From positions 2,919 through 66,918 of the IMG/VR virus record IMGVR_UViG_3300020438_006740: a DNA stretch of 64,000 nucleotides. One strand, given 5' to 3'. The notes under the pieces were generated by a model. The model had not been told where the DNA came from. It saw only the letters and a program-made list of their open reading frames with translations, and did not search any database. This document shows positions 1 to 9,238 of the stretch, one piece after another. A program made the translations under genes and the position numbers. The first letter of the stretch is position 1. Each line of letters opens with the position of its first letter. The DNA comes from a virus.

Positions 1-143
1 GAGTCTCCCTCTCTCTTGTTAAATCTCTTAACGTACCCTGCAGCAAGGTTGTCTCTGTGGTATTCCAGGGTATCCTCTGACATAACCGGAGCTAAATCAC
101 TGTAGGAATATTTTACTTTTTGAAGATGAAGTTTTTCGGTCAT
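1..143 (-). CDS. Fe/Mn superoxide dismutase-like protein, N-terminal part (runs off the window)
   Basis: Not in the ORF track. Hand translation from ATG at 143 gives MTEKLHLQKVKYSYSDLAPVMSEDTLEYHRDNLAAGYVKRFNKREGD, matching the SOD N-terminal pattern (Y..L.P..S..TL.YH......YV...N). Confidence 0.7.
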   Translation of the reverse strand, partial: MTEKLHLQKVKYSYSDLAPVMSEDTLEYHRDNLAAGYVKRFNKREGD

Positions 144-147
144 TTTT

Positions 148-519
148 TTACCCATCTAATTCTGGATGATACCCAAACTTAACTTTTTTAACAGACTTAT
201 CCCTAGAGTCTCCATCTAAAAACACTTCGACTGGATATATTTTTTCTGGGTCATCATACCAGTAATAAGCAACATAAGAGTGGTCACTCATAAGTTCAAC
301 AACTAGACCTCTATTATGTTTATTGTTTTCTGCTTGTAATATTATTTTTTTACCGACAGGGAGCATTATATCTGTTTCTTTTAGTTTTTCTATTTCTGGA
401 TTCTTTAGATCCTTTTCATGGCCTTCAGCCTTCTTTATTAACTCATCGATAATATCAGCCTCTTTGACCAAACCCTTTTTGTCAAGTAAATTTGCAATAT
501 CAGCTAATTCTTTGATCAT
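148..519 (-). CDS. hypothetical protein with shared N-terminal leader (IANLLDKKGL.KEA...KKA)
   Basis: 123-aa ORF with AGGA SD; leader nearly identical to that of 558..1001. Confidence 0.75.
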   Translation of the reverse strand: MIKELADIANLLDKKGLVKEADIIDELIKKAEGHEKDLKNPEIEKLKETDIMLPVGKKIILQAENNKHNRGLVVELMSDHSYVAYYWYDDPEKIYPVEVFLDGDSRDKSVKKVKFGYHPELDG

Positions 520-557
520 TTCCTGTCCTTTATTATACCTTGTTTTAATGCTTAATG

Positions 558-1001
558 TTAAAACTGATAATCATCCAGATAAAATCTAACTGCATCTATT
601 AGATATTTAAAATCACTATTTTTACCATATTTTTCTGAAAATTGAGCTTCATCAATAATCTCTTTATAAAGCTTATTTGGCATCATATTAACGTCTGCTG
701 ATAGATCAAATATCGCATCTGGCAAGTGCTCTTCCGCATATTCTTTGAGCTCTCTGCTATCACTGTGAAGCATGTCCAAGATTAGCACTTCTGAAGCCGG
801 ATCTACTGATGAAGCTGGATTTAGATGCTTTTCAATAAAGCTCTTGATTGCCAATTTTGCATCCTCGCTTAACTCGTCATCATAATCATCTGTGTCATCA
901 TATTGGGCGATTTTTTGTAGCAAAGAATCAAGAGTGCTAGCCTCTTTCATTAGGCCTTTTTTGTCTAATAAGTTTGCTATTCTAATTATTTCTTTTAACA
1001 T
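558..1001 (-). CDS. hypothetical acidic protein with shared N-terminal leader
   Basis: MLKEIIRIANLLDKKGLMKEASTLDSLLQKIA followed by an acidic body; AGGAG SD. Confidence 0.75.
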   Translation of the reverse strand: MLKEIIRIANLLDKKGLMKEASTLDSLLQKIAQYDDTDDYDDELSEDAKLAIKSFIEKHLNPASSVDPASEVLILDMLHSDSRELKEYAEEHLPDAIFDLSADVNMMPNKLYKEIIDEAQFSEKYGKNSDFKYLIDAVRFYLDDYQF

Positions 1002-1011
1002 TTAGATGCTC

Positions 1012-1623
1012 CTACCACCAGGTATACTTCTTTTTTGCACCAGTTAGATGCGGATATCTTCCCACCCTACATGACCAATAGCGTGGAGTGCATCGATCAT
1101 TAGCCGTCTTGCATTTATGCCTTGCCACAAAAGACTTTCTTCTATCTGGCTCAGATATTCTTAAGGGCATATCTGGAGATCCAAAAGAAATCTTTTTTAC
1201 CTTACCGTTACATCTTGCGTAAACATAAAACTTTTTTGATCCACCCCTTTTAGGCTTACCTAATGGAGGGTCTTTTTTCTTTTTACCTTTCTTTTTTGCA
1301 GTCTTGTCTTCTAGTGATTCTTCCGAAAATGGTACATCCAGCAAAACTTCTTCCCCGTTATAGACTGCAGTTTTACCGAGATCAGAAGATAATAGCTCTA
1401 CATCCTCCTCACAGAACCTCATCATACCAGAAATCCAATGCTGTCTTGCCTCTGTTATAAGCTCAAAATAAGCAGAGGAGCCAAATCGATAAATATTGTC
1501 AGATATTGGAATCTGTTTTTCAACATGATGCTTTAATCCGGCACACTTGATCATAGAAGCAGATTTAACAATAGGTGCTTTAATAATTCTTGTATAGTTT
1601 GCTATTTTCTCTAATCTATTCAT
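1012..1623 (-). CDS. conserved phage protein with basic C-terminal DUF6321-like domain
   Basis: KKFYVY...KKISFG...RRKSFVARHKC...PRYWSC motif, recalled from large-phage proteins. Confidence 0.6.
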   Translation of the reverse strand: MNRLEKIANYTRIIKAPIVKSASMIKCAGLKHHVEKQIPISDNIYRFGSSAYFELITEARQHWISGMMRFCEEDVELLSSDLGKTAVYNGEEVLLDVPFSEESLEDKTAKKKGKKKKDPPLGKPKRGGSKKFYVYARCNGKVKKISFGSPDMPLRISEPDRRKSFVARHKCKTANDRCTPRYWSCRVGRYPHLTGAKKKYTWW

Positions 1624-1886
1624 TTTAACTTTGCAACCTTTAGGGTTAAATCAGAAGATCCTTTTATTATTCTATGCCATGTATTTTTATTAATAAAAAT
1701 TTCATCATCACCTATAGGTATGGGTAACTTATTATCTTCTTGATAAAGCCATCCGTCACCTGATATTTTTGATATTATTCTATCTTCCCGATCTTTGTGC
1801 CAATAAAGATCTTCATCTTCTAAATCTGCAGAAAATTTTCTTACAAATAATTTTTCGGATATTTTCTTTTCATTAAACGGTAGCAT
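1620..1886 (-). CDS. small cupin-like phage protein
   Basis: WHKDREDR...WHRIIKG His motifs; 4-nt overlap with the downstream gene. Confidence 0.55.
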   Translation of the reverse strand: MLPFNEKKISEKLFVRKFSADLEDEDLYWHKDREDRIISKISGDGWLYQEDNKLPIPIGDDEIFINKNTWHRIIKGSSDLTLKVAKLK

Positions 1887-1910
1887 GCGAGCCTCGCATT
1901 ATATTTATCT

Positions 1911-2075
1911 TCAGGAGCTTTTCTCTTCATCATCAGATGGCAATTCCTCTAGCAGCTCCATTATGCCTTTTGATGCAATTTTTGTCAAAAGACTATCAAT
2001 CACATCAGCATCTTTTTGCAAACCAAGCCTATCTAACTTATCTGATATGAGTATTAACTTATCCTTTAGATTCAT
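1911..2075 (-). CDS. 54-aa protein made almost entirely of the shared leader plus an acidic tail
   Basis: Not in the ORF track. Hand translation MNLKDKLILISDKLDRLGLQKDADVIDSLLTKIASKGIMELLEELPSDDEEKSS; GGAG SD upstream. Confidence 0.7.
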   Translation of the reverse strand: MNLKDKLILISDKLDRLGLQKDADVIDSLLTKIASKGIMELLEELPSDDEEKSS

Positions 2076-2076
2076 T

Positions 2077-2799
2077 TTATTCTCCATTTTCTTGTATTTT
2101 ACGATCTAAGGCATTCCAGTCTATAACATAATAGGGTGAAACCCAAATTATATTATCAATAACAGTGGGTATTCCAAAGGGCGCATCAACACTGGTTCCA
2201 AAAAGTATTCCCAGGAAGTCACCCTTGCTAGAGAATACACTAGATCCAGATGATCCGCCCCAAGCAATAGAGTGAATGATAATTGAATCAACCTCAAACC
2301 CGGCAACCCTGCCTCTTGACGTAAGAAGGCTATGTGCAGATGGATATCCAGAAAAAATTACATCTAAATCAATCAGGGTCTTTGGGTTATGGTCTTTTGC
2401 CTTAAACTTCACAGGTTTTATTGAGTCAAGCCCATCAGCCGAGAGAACTGCAAAATCTGCAGCTAAATCAGAATAGACTAGTGAAGCTTCTTTTGTTTCT
2501 CCACTGTTTGGTATAATCAAAAACCGAGAAAAGCCTTCAGTAACATGTTTGGCGGTAAATATAAATACCTTTCCTTTGTATTCAAATAAGGTTCCTGTCC
2601 CGTGCCCACCAGATGGGGTTACTACCTTTACAGATGCTTCTCTGCTTTTGGCCTCAAAGGAGTTGAGCTTGGCAGCTTCTACATGAGAAATGTTTATATC
2701 TGAGGATCTTGTGTTATTAGGTAGGCTGGTTGCAACTATAGCAAAAGTGAAAACTACAGTTACTAAGGCTATAAGGTATATTGGTCTATTTCTTGTCAT
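2077..2799 (-). CDS. trypsin-like serine protease with N-terminal membrane anchor/signal
   Basis: Catalytic triad motifs TAKHV, ADFAVL and GGSSGSS; hydrophobic N-terminus. Confidence 0.85.
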   Translation of the reverse strand: MTRNRPIYLIALVTVVFTFAIVATSLPNNTRSSDINISHVEAAKLNSFEAKSREASVKVVTPSGGHGTGTLFEYKGKVFIFTAKHVTEGFSRFLIIPNSGETKEASLVYSDLAADFAVLSADGLDSIKPVKFKAKDHNPKTLIDLDVIFSGYPSAHSLLTSRGRVAGFEVDSIIIHSIAWGGSSGSSVFSSKGDFLGILFGTSVDAPFGIPTVIDNIIWVSPYYVIDWNALDRKIQENGE

Positions 2800-2801
2800 G
2801 C

Positions 2802-3131
2802 TTATTCCAAAAACTTAAGAATCCAAGCTGCAAAACCCATAAAGAATTGAACCGTAATAAATACGCCTATTGCCTTTGTTCTAAATGCTTTTAGCTCAGA
2901 AACAGATTCGATTAGTTCTTTTAGCTGAGTTGGGGAAGCAACATCGTCGATTTTTAGCTTCCATTCTCTCAGCTCATTAACGCGATCTTCTTTCGCTCTC
3001 ATCTCAGTTATATCAGATTTTAAACCCTGTATTTGAGAGTTTAAATTATCAATACTATCTGACAGTGACTCTAGCTCCTTTAAAACAAGCTTGGAGTATT
3101 CATTCCATCCATTTTGATTTTCATTACTCAT
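2802..3131 (-). CDS. coiled-coil protein with C-terminal TM helix
   Basis: Heptad-rich body followed by a hydrophobic segment (AIGVFITVQFFMGFAAWIL). Confidence 0.6.
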   Translation of the reverse strand: MSNENQNGWNEYSKLVLKELESLSDSIDNLNSQIQGLKSDITEMRAKEDRVNELREWKLKIDDVASPTQLKELIESVSELKAFRTKAIGVFITVQFFMGFAAWILKFLE

Positions 3132-3399
3132 GACTCAAAACCCTCTTGCACCCTCGATCATTTGCTAGATTTTTTATTTCATCTAAACACAAACTTACTT
3201 CCTCAAGTTTACTTTTTGCTAATTCGCTACAGCCCTTTTCCCCCTCTAATATGTGGTCAATTTTTTGGTTTGTTTCATCTACTTTCTCTAAAATCATCCA
3301 GAGTGTCTTTGTGTTGATTTTTAGCTGATAATCTCTATCACTTAATTTTTTACACAATTGTTTTATCTTATTTATATTATTTTTAGATCTCATCAACAA
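3124..3399 (-). CDS. hypothetical coiled-coil protein
   Basis: 91-aa ORF, first gene after a GCTAATATT motif. Confidence 0.6.
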   Translation of the reverse strand: MLMRSKNNINKIKQLCKKLSDRDYQLKINTKTLWMILEKVDETNQKIDHILEGEKGCSELAKSKLEEVSLCLDEIKNLANDRGCKRVLSHE

Positions 3400-3419
3400 G
3401 TCCTACAAATTTATATTTT

Positions 3420-3428
3420 AATATTAGC
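3420..3428 (-). promoter_or_regulatory. recurrent GCTAATATT motif (putative phage late promoter)
   Basis: Same 9-mer sits intergenically upstream of gene starts at six sites in the window. Confidence 0.55.
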
Positions 3429-3519
3429 AAACAAAACTTCTATCATTTATAATGAATATATTAATTGTTTTATCAATAATACTAGTAATATTTAATTATA
3501 TAAACGGAGACATTATAAA

Positions 3520-3936
3520 ATGGCAGTATCAATAAACAGGCTTATAGCAGATGGTGTCCAGTTTGCTGGAGTAGAGTTTTGCACAACCGGAGATGCAGCA
3601 GGAGAAACGGGAACAGTTATTGATATTGGCACGCTCTCTGATGCTGATGGCTCTGGGAATGAAAGAGTTAGAATCAAAAGCATAAAGGCTTGCGTTACAT
3701 CAGAGGATGCCTCTGGAATGAATGGTGCCTGCGTATTATCCTGGGGCGGCTCAGGTGACGTTTTTTGCACAATACCTCCCGGCTACTCAGAGATAACTAT
3801 AAACTTTGAGCCAACAAGCGGCTTTAATGGCAACATAGATTACAATCTATCTGGTTCTATCGCCGCAACATTAAGGATAAAATTAGAAAAACTGCACGGA
3901 TTCCCAAATACTGCCGCAAAGTTTAAGAACTTCTAG
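3520..3936 (+). CDS. hypothetical protein (possibly structural)
   Basis: 138 aa, GGAG SD, AGTAATATTT motif variant upstream. Confidence 0.7.
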   Translation: MAVSINRLIADGVQFAGVEFCTTGDAAGETGTVIDIGTLSDADGSGNERVRIKSIKACVTSEDASGMNGACVLSWGGSGDVFCTIPPGYSEITINFEPTSGFNGNIDYNLSGSIAATLRIKLEKLHGFPNTAAKFKNF

Positions 3937-5318
3937 GATAGCGTTCTGCTTATAATGCCTTCTGTAGGCATTAGTTTAATAGACTTAATAGTTAGGTGAT
4001 AATGATCCTTTTCCCAAAGTCTTTTAAAGCTAGCGTACTCTTCTGCGCGACTAAGCATGTCATCAAAAGTGGACTTAGATTCTCTGGCTATATCTATAGA
4101 TTTTCCCGCCCTATGACCACCAACTGGCCAGCTCTCCTCTATGATAGACTCTGCTTTTAAAATTTTGTCTTCCTCAGACAACCCTGATTCATAAACATTT
4201 ATAATATCATTCATCTTTGGAAAGTTTCTATATAAAGTTTCGAGATACACCCTTGCTCTTCTTGATCCAGATCCACGACGATTATAATTATTTAGCATAA
4301 CTCTAGCTTGGTTATAACTATTTCTAAAAGCGCTGGTTATAGTGGGATTTATACCAAGATCTCCAGAAACTTTATCTAAGATCATAACAAACTGTCTAAG
4401 ATCATTTGTTGATGAATCAAGATCCACTCTTGGGCCAATATTTATATTTTCTATTTTTGAAAGATCAAACGAAGATACGGGTGTTTCGTCAGAACCTCGT
4501 CTTCTATCTCTTATTTGGTCCCGTCTGCCCCTTAGGCTTGTACTTACCTCATCAGAGCTTAAGGGGGCGGGGGTGGGCTGATTTGTTCTTGGCGCAGTAA
4601 TTGCAGAATAAGTACTTTTGTCTATTAAGCCTGATGCATTTAGATTTTCAGCATCCTGTATCGCCTTAATCGCAACAACAATTTCTTCATCACTTGGGTT
4701 TAGGTTAGACTGGCTAGAAAGATATTTCAGTGTAGTTAACCCTACTACAACATCCTTTCTATCCCTTTCTGACAGTCTGGATAAATCAAAGCTTTGATTT
4801 GGATCATCAGCAAAGGCTTTGTCTAGATCAACCGGTATTGCCTTTGCAATACTTTTGGATAGCCTTTCTAGAATATCCGTTATTTTTTCCTCATCTACCT
4901 CAGAGGGACTGGCCTCTCTTATTGCTTTTAACGAATCCTCAATATACTTTGCCTCAACAAAGGTTCCGCTAACCCCAAACAGCGGAAAAACAACGGGCAT
5001 GACCTTTTGGTAAGTGCTTTTGTCTAAAAGAGATCTCAATAAGTCCAGATCTTTGCCAGATGTATTCTCTGCGCTTTTTTTAAGACTAATAATTTTTGAA
5101 ACTCGACCAAGAGAGCGCTTATTGTTATCTGTGTTTAAGCTGTAGCCCATTTCTTTTAACTTCTTTTTTACAATTTTTTGAGGCTCAGCTGCCCTAATCC
5201 ATCTTCTTCTTTCTTCTTTTGATAGCTCATCCAGAGAAGAAAGCCCCATTTCTGCCATAAGAGTTCTTAAATACTTTTTTCTTTCAGACATTTTGTGTTC
5301 CTTCTTACCTTTTGGCAT
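3933..5318 (-). CDS. peptidoglycan-binding + M15-family Zn peptidase-like protein
   Basis: IKAIQDAENLNASGLID (PG_binding-like); TSAFR...GHRAGKSIDI...DHYHL (M15/Hedgehog-like Zn ligands). Confidence 0.65.
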   Translation of the reverse strand: MPKGKKEHKMSERKKYLRTLMAEMGLSSLDELSKEERRRWIRAAEPQKIVKKKLKEMGYSLNTDNNKRSLGRVSKIISLKKSAENTSGKDLDLLRSLLDKSTYQKVMPVVFPLFGVSGTFVEAKYIEDSLKAIREASPSEVDEEKITDILERLSKSIAKAIPVDLDKAFADDPNQSFDLSRLSERDRKDVVVGLTTLKYLSSQSNLNPSDEEIVVAIKAIQDAENLNASGLIDKSTYSAITAPRTNQPTPAPLSSDEVSTSLRGRRDQIRDRRRGSDETPVSSFDLSKIENINIGPRVDLDSSTNDLRQFVMILDKVSGDLGINPTITSAFRNSYNQARVMLNNYNRRGSGSRRARVYLETLYRNFPKMNDIINVYESGLSEEDKILKAESIIEESWPVGGHRAGKSIDIARESKSTFDDMLSRAEEYASFKRLWEKDHYHLTIKSIKLMPTEGIISRTLS

Positions 5319-5559
5319 ACTCTCTCTCCAGGTTGAAAATAAGGCTTTTTATATTTTTTTTAATTTTATTTAAAAAAAAGTTGTCATAAGTTTTTAGGTT
5401 TTCATATTGATTTAATAGAAGTTTTGTCTCACCTCTTATACTTAGAAGTTCTGACAATTTTTTTCTTTTATTCTTAATACCAGCAGCGTTTTTCAGCCTC
5501 TTTTCTAATATCAAAAGTTTATTAGAAAAGTCTCTTTTAGACCAATAATCGGTATCCAT
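5305..5559 (-). CDS. hypothetical basic protein
   Basis: Likely start MDTDYW at 5559, inside track ORF 5305..5658. Confidence 0.5.
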   Translation of the reverse strand: MDTDYWSKRDFSNKLLILEKRLKNAAGIKNKRKKLSELLSIRGETKLLLNQYENLKTYDNFFLNKIKKNIKSLIFNLEREYAKR

Positions 5560-5629
5560 AATATAAACCCTAATTGTATTGTACATTAATTTATTAATAT
5601 ATAAAAAAATATAGACAGGAGAGTTTCTT

Positions 5630-6106
5630 ATGCTAAAAAGCGGAAAGATCAGAAACATGAGTCAAAAGCTATTTTCTTATAATGATTTTGTGAAAGAGTT
5701 AAAAAAATTAAATAAGGAGGGACTTGATATATATATTGGCACAGATTCACAGGTTCTTGGTTCAAAAATATCTGTAGTTACATGTGTGTGTTTGTATAAG
5801 ACAGGCATAACAAAAAACAGTATCTTTTATATAAAGGAAAAGCTGGATACCGAGAGGTATCCAACTCTTCGCTCTCGAATGATACTAGAGGCCTACAGAA
5901 GCCTTGAGATTGCTCTTGAGATCGACCCCTTGATTGATGGGCAACTAACAGTGCATCTTGATATTGGCACTGATTTAAAGAAAAATAAAACCGCAAAGTT
6001 TCAAAAAGAGCTTCAAGTATTATTTAAATCTCAAGGATTTGGCTGCGAAGTAAAGCCTAATAGTTGGGCTAGCAGCTGTATTGCTGATAGATTTACAAAA
6101 AGCTAG
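5630..6106 (+). CDS. YkuK (DUF458) RNase H-like family protein
   Basis: IYIGTDSQ, R..LEAYRSLE, VHLDIG and KPNSWASSCIAD motifs. Confidence 0.8.
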   Translation: MLKSGKIRNMSQKLFSYNDFVKELKKLNKEGLDIYIGTDSQVLGSKISVVTCVCLYKTGITKNSIFYIKEKLDTERYPTLRSRMILEAYRSLEIALEIDPLIDGQLTVHLDIGTDLKKNKTAKFQKELQVLFKSQGFGCEVKPNSWASSCIADRFTKS

Positions 6107-7074
6107 GTTACACCTGCGGATTGCTCAACATTGTTGACGCTTATATTTATCGCTATTCCGTATATATTCAAAAGAATCGCGTCACCAGCAGTTTGTCTAA
6201 TTCTCAGCTTATAAATATCCCAATTTCCGGCAAAAGCTGATCCGTTATCTATATTTATATCATGCGAGCTATTTAATTGCCATTTGTACCAATAAAGAGT
6301 GTCAACAGACGCACCTCCTACCGGAAAAGTAACAGTGGCTGAGGCATCCTGAGTAAATGGCGTCAAACCAGGGATGCCAATGGCGAATCCTAGCGTTGCC
6401 CTATTGACAGAGACCGTTACCTCAGGGTCTGCTACGCTGGTGAGATCGTCGAACTCGGCAAGTATACTTACAGATTCTATTCTAGACCCATTTGTGAGAT
6501 ATGGAGTTATATCAATAAACGCTTGCCAATCAGTATTTGAGAGATCTCCGAACAATTTTATAGTCTGAAAGCTATTAGCTGTAGCTCCTGATGTAAAATC
6601 TGCTGTAGACTTAGCTGAATCAAGGTTAGTAAGAGCTACAGCTCCCATGTTAATTTTGGTTGCAGAAATATCAGAAAAAGCAACAGAAAGCGGTATCATA
6701 ATTGTTTTTTCTTTAGTTGATTGAAATTCAAAGCTCGATGCCGTCGCAACACCAGACGCTGTTATGCTTGTTGCGCTAATAGCTCCAGCATTAATATTCC
6801 CCGATATATTGGAGCCAGAAATATTTCCAGAAATATTACCGCTAGCAGTTATATCGGTAGCAGTTATATCGGTAACAGATAGGTTTCCTGCTATATTAAG
6901 ATTTCCCCCTGATGTAACCGAAAAATCAGTCGAAGAAATTATAATGTCTGAATCAGTGCTTATATCTACATCTCCAGCAGCTTTTATTTTTAGCTTTTTA
7001 TCAGACGAAGTTATAAGATCTAGATCTTTTCCAACAGATATCTGATGAGAGCTGCTATATTTATCATGTGACAT
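6103..7074 (-). CDS. tail fibre/spike-like structural protein
   Basis: Ser/Gly/Ile-rich short beta repeats (GNLNIAGNLSV, TDITA x2, SGNI repeats) followed by a globular C-terminal domain. Confidence 0.5.
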   Translation of the reverse strand: MSHDKYSSSHQISVGKDLDLITSSDKKLKIKAAGDVDISTDSDIIISSTDFSVTSGGNLNIAGNLSVTDITATDITASGNISGNISGSNISGNINAGAISATSITASGVATASSFEFQSTKEKTIMIPLSVAFSDISATKINMGAVALTNLDSAKSTADFTSGATANSFQTIKLFGDLSNTDWQAFIDITPYLTNGSRIESVSILAEFDDLTSVADPEVTVSVNRATLGFAIGIPGLTPFTQDASATVTFPVGGASVDTLYWYKWQLNSSHDINIDNGSAFAGNWDIYKLRIRQTAGDAILLNIYGIAINISVNNVEQSAGVT

Positions 7075-7594
7075 CTAGACTCTCCAATTTCTTTTTTGCT
7101 CTATTATATTTTTTTAATCTTTTTTTCATTTTTTTAATATATAACGATCTTTTTAAATGACTTACTTTGTCTAAAATCGTTATACCATTTAAGTGATCCA
7201 TTTCATGTTGGATTATTCTGGAGGCTAAACCTGAGAATTTTTCTTCAACATGAGTTCCATCGGCATTTTGATATGAAACAGTTATATCTGATGGTCTATC
7301 GACATTAAAAGACTCCATGGGAAATGATAAGCACCCTTCATTAAAAGAAACTTTTTCTTTAGAAGCATCTTTTACTTCAGGGTTTATTAAAACAAATTCT
7401 TTACCATTAGCTTCGCCTACCAAGATTCTTTTGGGCAAACCCAGTTGTATTCCGGCTAAGCCAACCCCTCCAAACCCTCTCATGATCTTTAGCATTGATT
7501 GAGATAAAGCGACCATATCATTCCCAAACTCTTCTTTAGAGAATGGTTTTGACTTTTGTTTTAAAACTTTACTTGGACCAAAAATTAACCTCAT
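7064..7594 (-). CDS. def: peptide deformylase
   Basis: GVGLA.IQ, EGCLS and QHEMDHLNG motifs. Confidence 0.95.
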   Translation of the reverse strand: MRLIFGPSKVLKQKSKPFSKEEFGNDMVALSQSMLKIMRGFGGVGLAGIQLGLPKRILVGEANGKEFVLINPEVKDASKEKVSFNEGCLSFPMESFNVDRPSDITVSYQNADGTHVEEKFSGLASRIIQHEMDHLNGITILDKVSHLKRSLYIKKMKKRLKKYNRAKKKLESLDVT

Positions 7595-7812
7595 ATATCA
7601 TCTCCTCTATCTTCAACCGACCCCAGTATAAACCTAGCTACTCCAGAACCTGTTTTTGTAAATAAAAATGGGAATATCGCGTGAATAAAACAGGTTGTTG
7701 CAGCAAGCAGGAATAAGGAAGAATAAAAAAAGGCAAAAGCCATATGCTTTAGGTAAGATTCTCCATTCCACTTCGGATGGTCAGTAAAAAGACTGATTAT
7801 TTTCTTAAACAT
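7591..7812 (-). CDS. small membrane protein, DUF6356-like
   Basis: HP...GESY..H...A...HAIFPFLF..TGS pattern. Confidence 0.6.
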   Translation of the reverse strand: MFKKIISLFTDHPKWNGESYLKHMAFAFFYSSLFLLAATTCFIHAIFPFLFTKTGSGVARFILGSVEDRGDDI

Positions 7813-8357
7813 TAGTGCTCCAATAAACTTATATCTTTAAATGAAAAACCAAGAGCAATTAATCTTCTTTTTGAAAATTTGCTCTTTGTATTTCTCCAAT
7901 CATCATAAAGATCTATAATATTATTAGTTATTGCACAACTCTTTGCACCATAAATTATATCGCAGCACTTATCAACATTGCCAGATAGATCTTTATATGT
8001 TTTGTCGCCAGACTTCTTATAACAAAAATCATAAGCAGTAGACGCCATATCTAGGTAATAACCTCTGCTCACCAAGCTTGATTTTGTCCCGGGAAAAAGA
8101 CCTATTTTTACTATTGAGATATCGCCTATTTTTTTAAAATTTAAAAACCTATCTTTATTCTCTTCTTTTTTTAAATAAATTTCAGCAAGAGTTATATCCT
8201 TTCCCACTATAGTATTGCAAAGTATTGCTTTTTTCATAATAGCAGAAAGGTAGCTAGCAAGATTATCTTTAATAAATAAGTTTTGAGATTTTGCTGATCG
8301 GCATATCTCTTTGTAAAAAAAATTATCCAAGTTTGATGGGATCAAGATATGACTCAT
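7812..8357 (-). CDS. conserved hypothetical protein
   Basis: LA..YL...K.IGD.S....GLFP......V...YY.DM...AY pattern, recalled from bacterial hypothetical proteins. Confidence 0.6.
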   Translation of the reverse strand: MSHILIPSNLDNFFYKEICRSAKSQNLFIKDNLASYLSAIMKKAILCNTIVGKDITLAEIYLKKEENKDRFLNFKKIGDISIVKIGLFPGTKSSLVSRGYYLDMASTAYDFCYKKSGDKTYKDLSGNVDKCCDIIYGAKSCAITNNIIDLYDDWRNTKSKFSKRRLIALGFSFKDISLLEH

Positions 8358-8393
8358 TTTATTATGAAAATTAATTAATATTTTTATATAAAC

Positions 8394-9236
8394 TTATCTT
8401 AGAATTCCCGTAGGAATCTTTGAGAATCTTGTCATTAATTCGTTATATATTATTGACAGAGTCTCTTTTTCAGAGCTTGTTTTAAAACATACCAGGTTGT
8501 CCAAGCGATCCTGAAAATTATAAAGCTCTTTATCATTTCCTGAGCCCTCACACTTATCGCCAATAAAGGTAATAACATCATAATCACCCACATGGTTCAT
8601 AACATAAGTTTTATCCCATCCCTTAGGAAATATATCTATAGAGGTTTGGCCACCAATTGATGCCGAAAGATTTAAATCTTTTCTTTTTATAAAAGTCTTT
8701 ATTCTCGTCAGGGTTTGGCTTCTGATTCCGCGAGTTAGATCTATGTATCCAAAGTTTTTTCTATCTTCATCCAAAGAAGACCTTCCTGGTATGCAATAGT
8801 TTAAAATAGACCCCCTGTTTTCTATAAAGTTTCCCCTTATCTTTATGTCTGGATTATCATCACAAATGACAATTTGCTGCTTTAGCAAAAACTCATGTAG
8901 TTCAAAAAAGCTACTTACACTAATTTCGTCTATCATATCTATATAGTAAACTTGCTTGTACTCTCCTGAGTTAAAAGTATAAACCTGTGTACTATTACAG
9001 GGAAATAATACGGTTCTTGACTTAATAACATCAGGAAGATAATCTAGCACTTGCTCTTTAATTGAACTTAAATTAGAGCCAGAAACAATGCCTATTTGGC
9101 ACCTTTGAGATAAATTAAATAAGGCCTTGACCATTTCTGGACCAATATGTTTCCTTGGAACAGTCAGGGTTCCGTCCATGTCAAATAAGGCTATTTTTTC
9201 ATTCCAGCCTGCCTCGCGGGTATCGCAATAATCCAT
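8394..9236 (-). CDS. phosphomannomutase, eukaryotic-type (HAD IIB, PMM2/Sec53-like)
   Basis: LFDMDGTLT.PR, FIE.RG..LN....GR, GGQTSIDIFPKGWDKTY and GDK...GND.ELY motifs. Confidence 0.85.
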   Translation of the reverse strand: MDYCDTREAGWNEKIALFDMDGTLTVPRKHIGPEMVKALFNLSQRCQIGIVSGSNLSSIKEQVLDYLPDVIKSRTVLFPCNSTQVYTFNSGEYKQVYYIDMIDEISVSSFFELHEFLLKQQIVICDDNPDIKIRGNFIENRGSILNYCIPGRSSLDEDRKNFGYIDLTRGIRSQTLTRIKTFIKRKDLNLSASIGGQTSIDIFPKGWDKTYVMNHVGDYDVITFIGDKCEGSGNDKELYNFQDRLDNLVCFKTSSEKETLSIIYNELMTRFSKIPTGILR

Positions 9237-9238
9237 AA

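Noticed and set aside
1885-1899. Short palindrome ATGCGAG-C-CTCGCAT at the cupin gene start
   Set aside because: 7-bp arms can arise by chance, and there is no second copy
6843-6872. 15-bp direct repeat
   Set aside because: It simply encodes TDITA twice in a repetitive fibre protein
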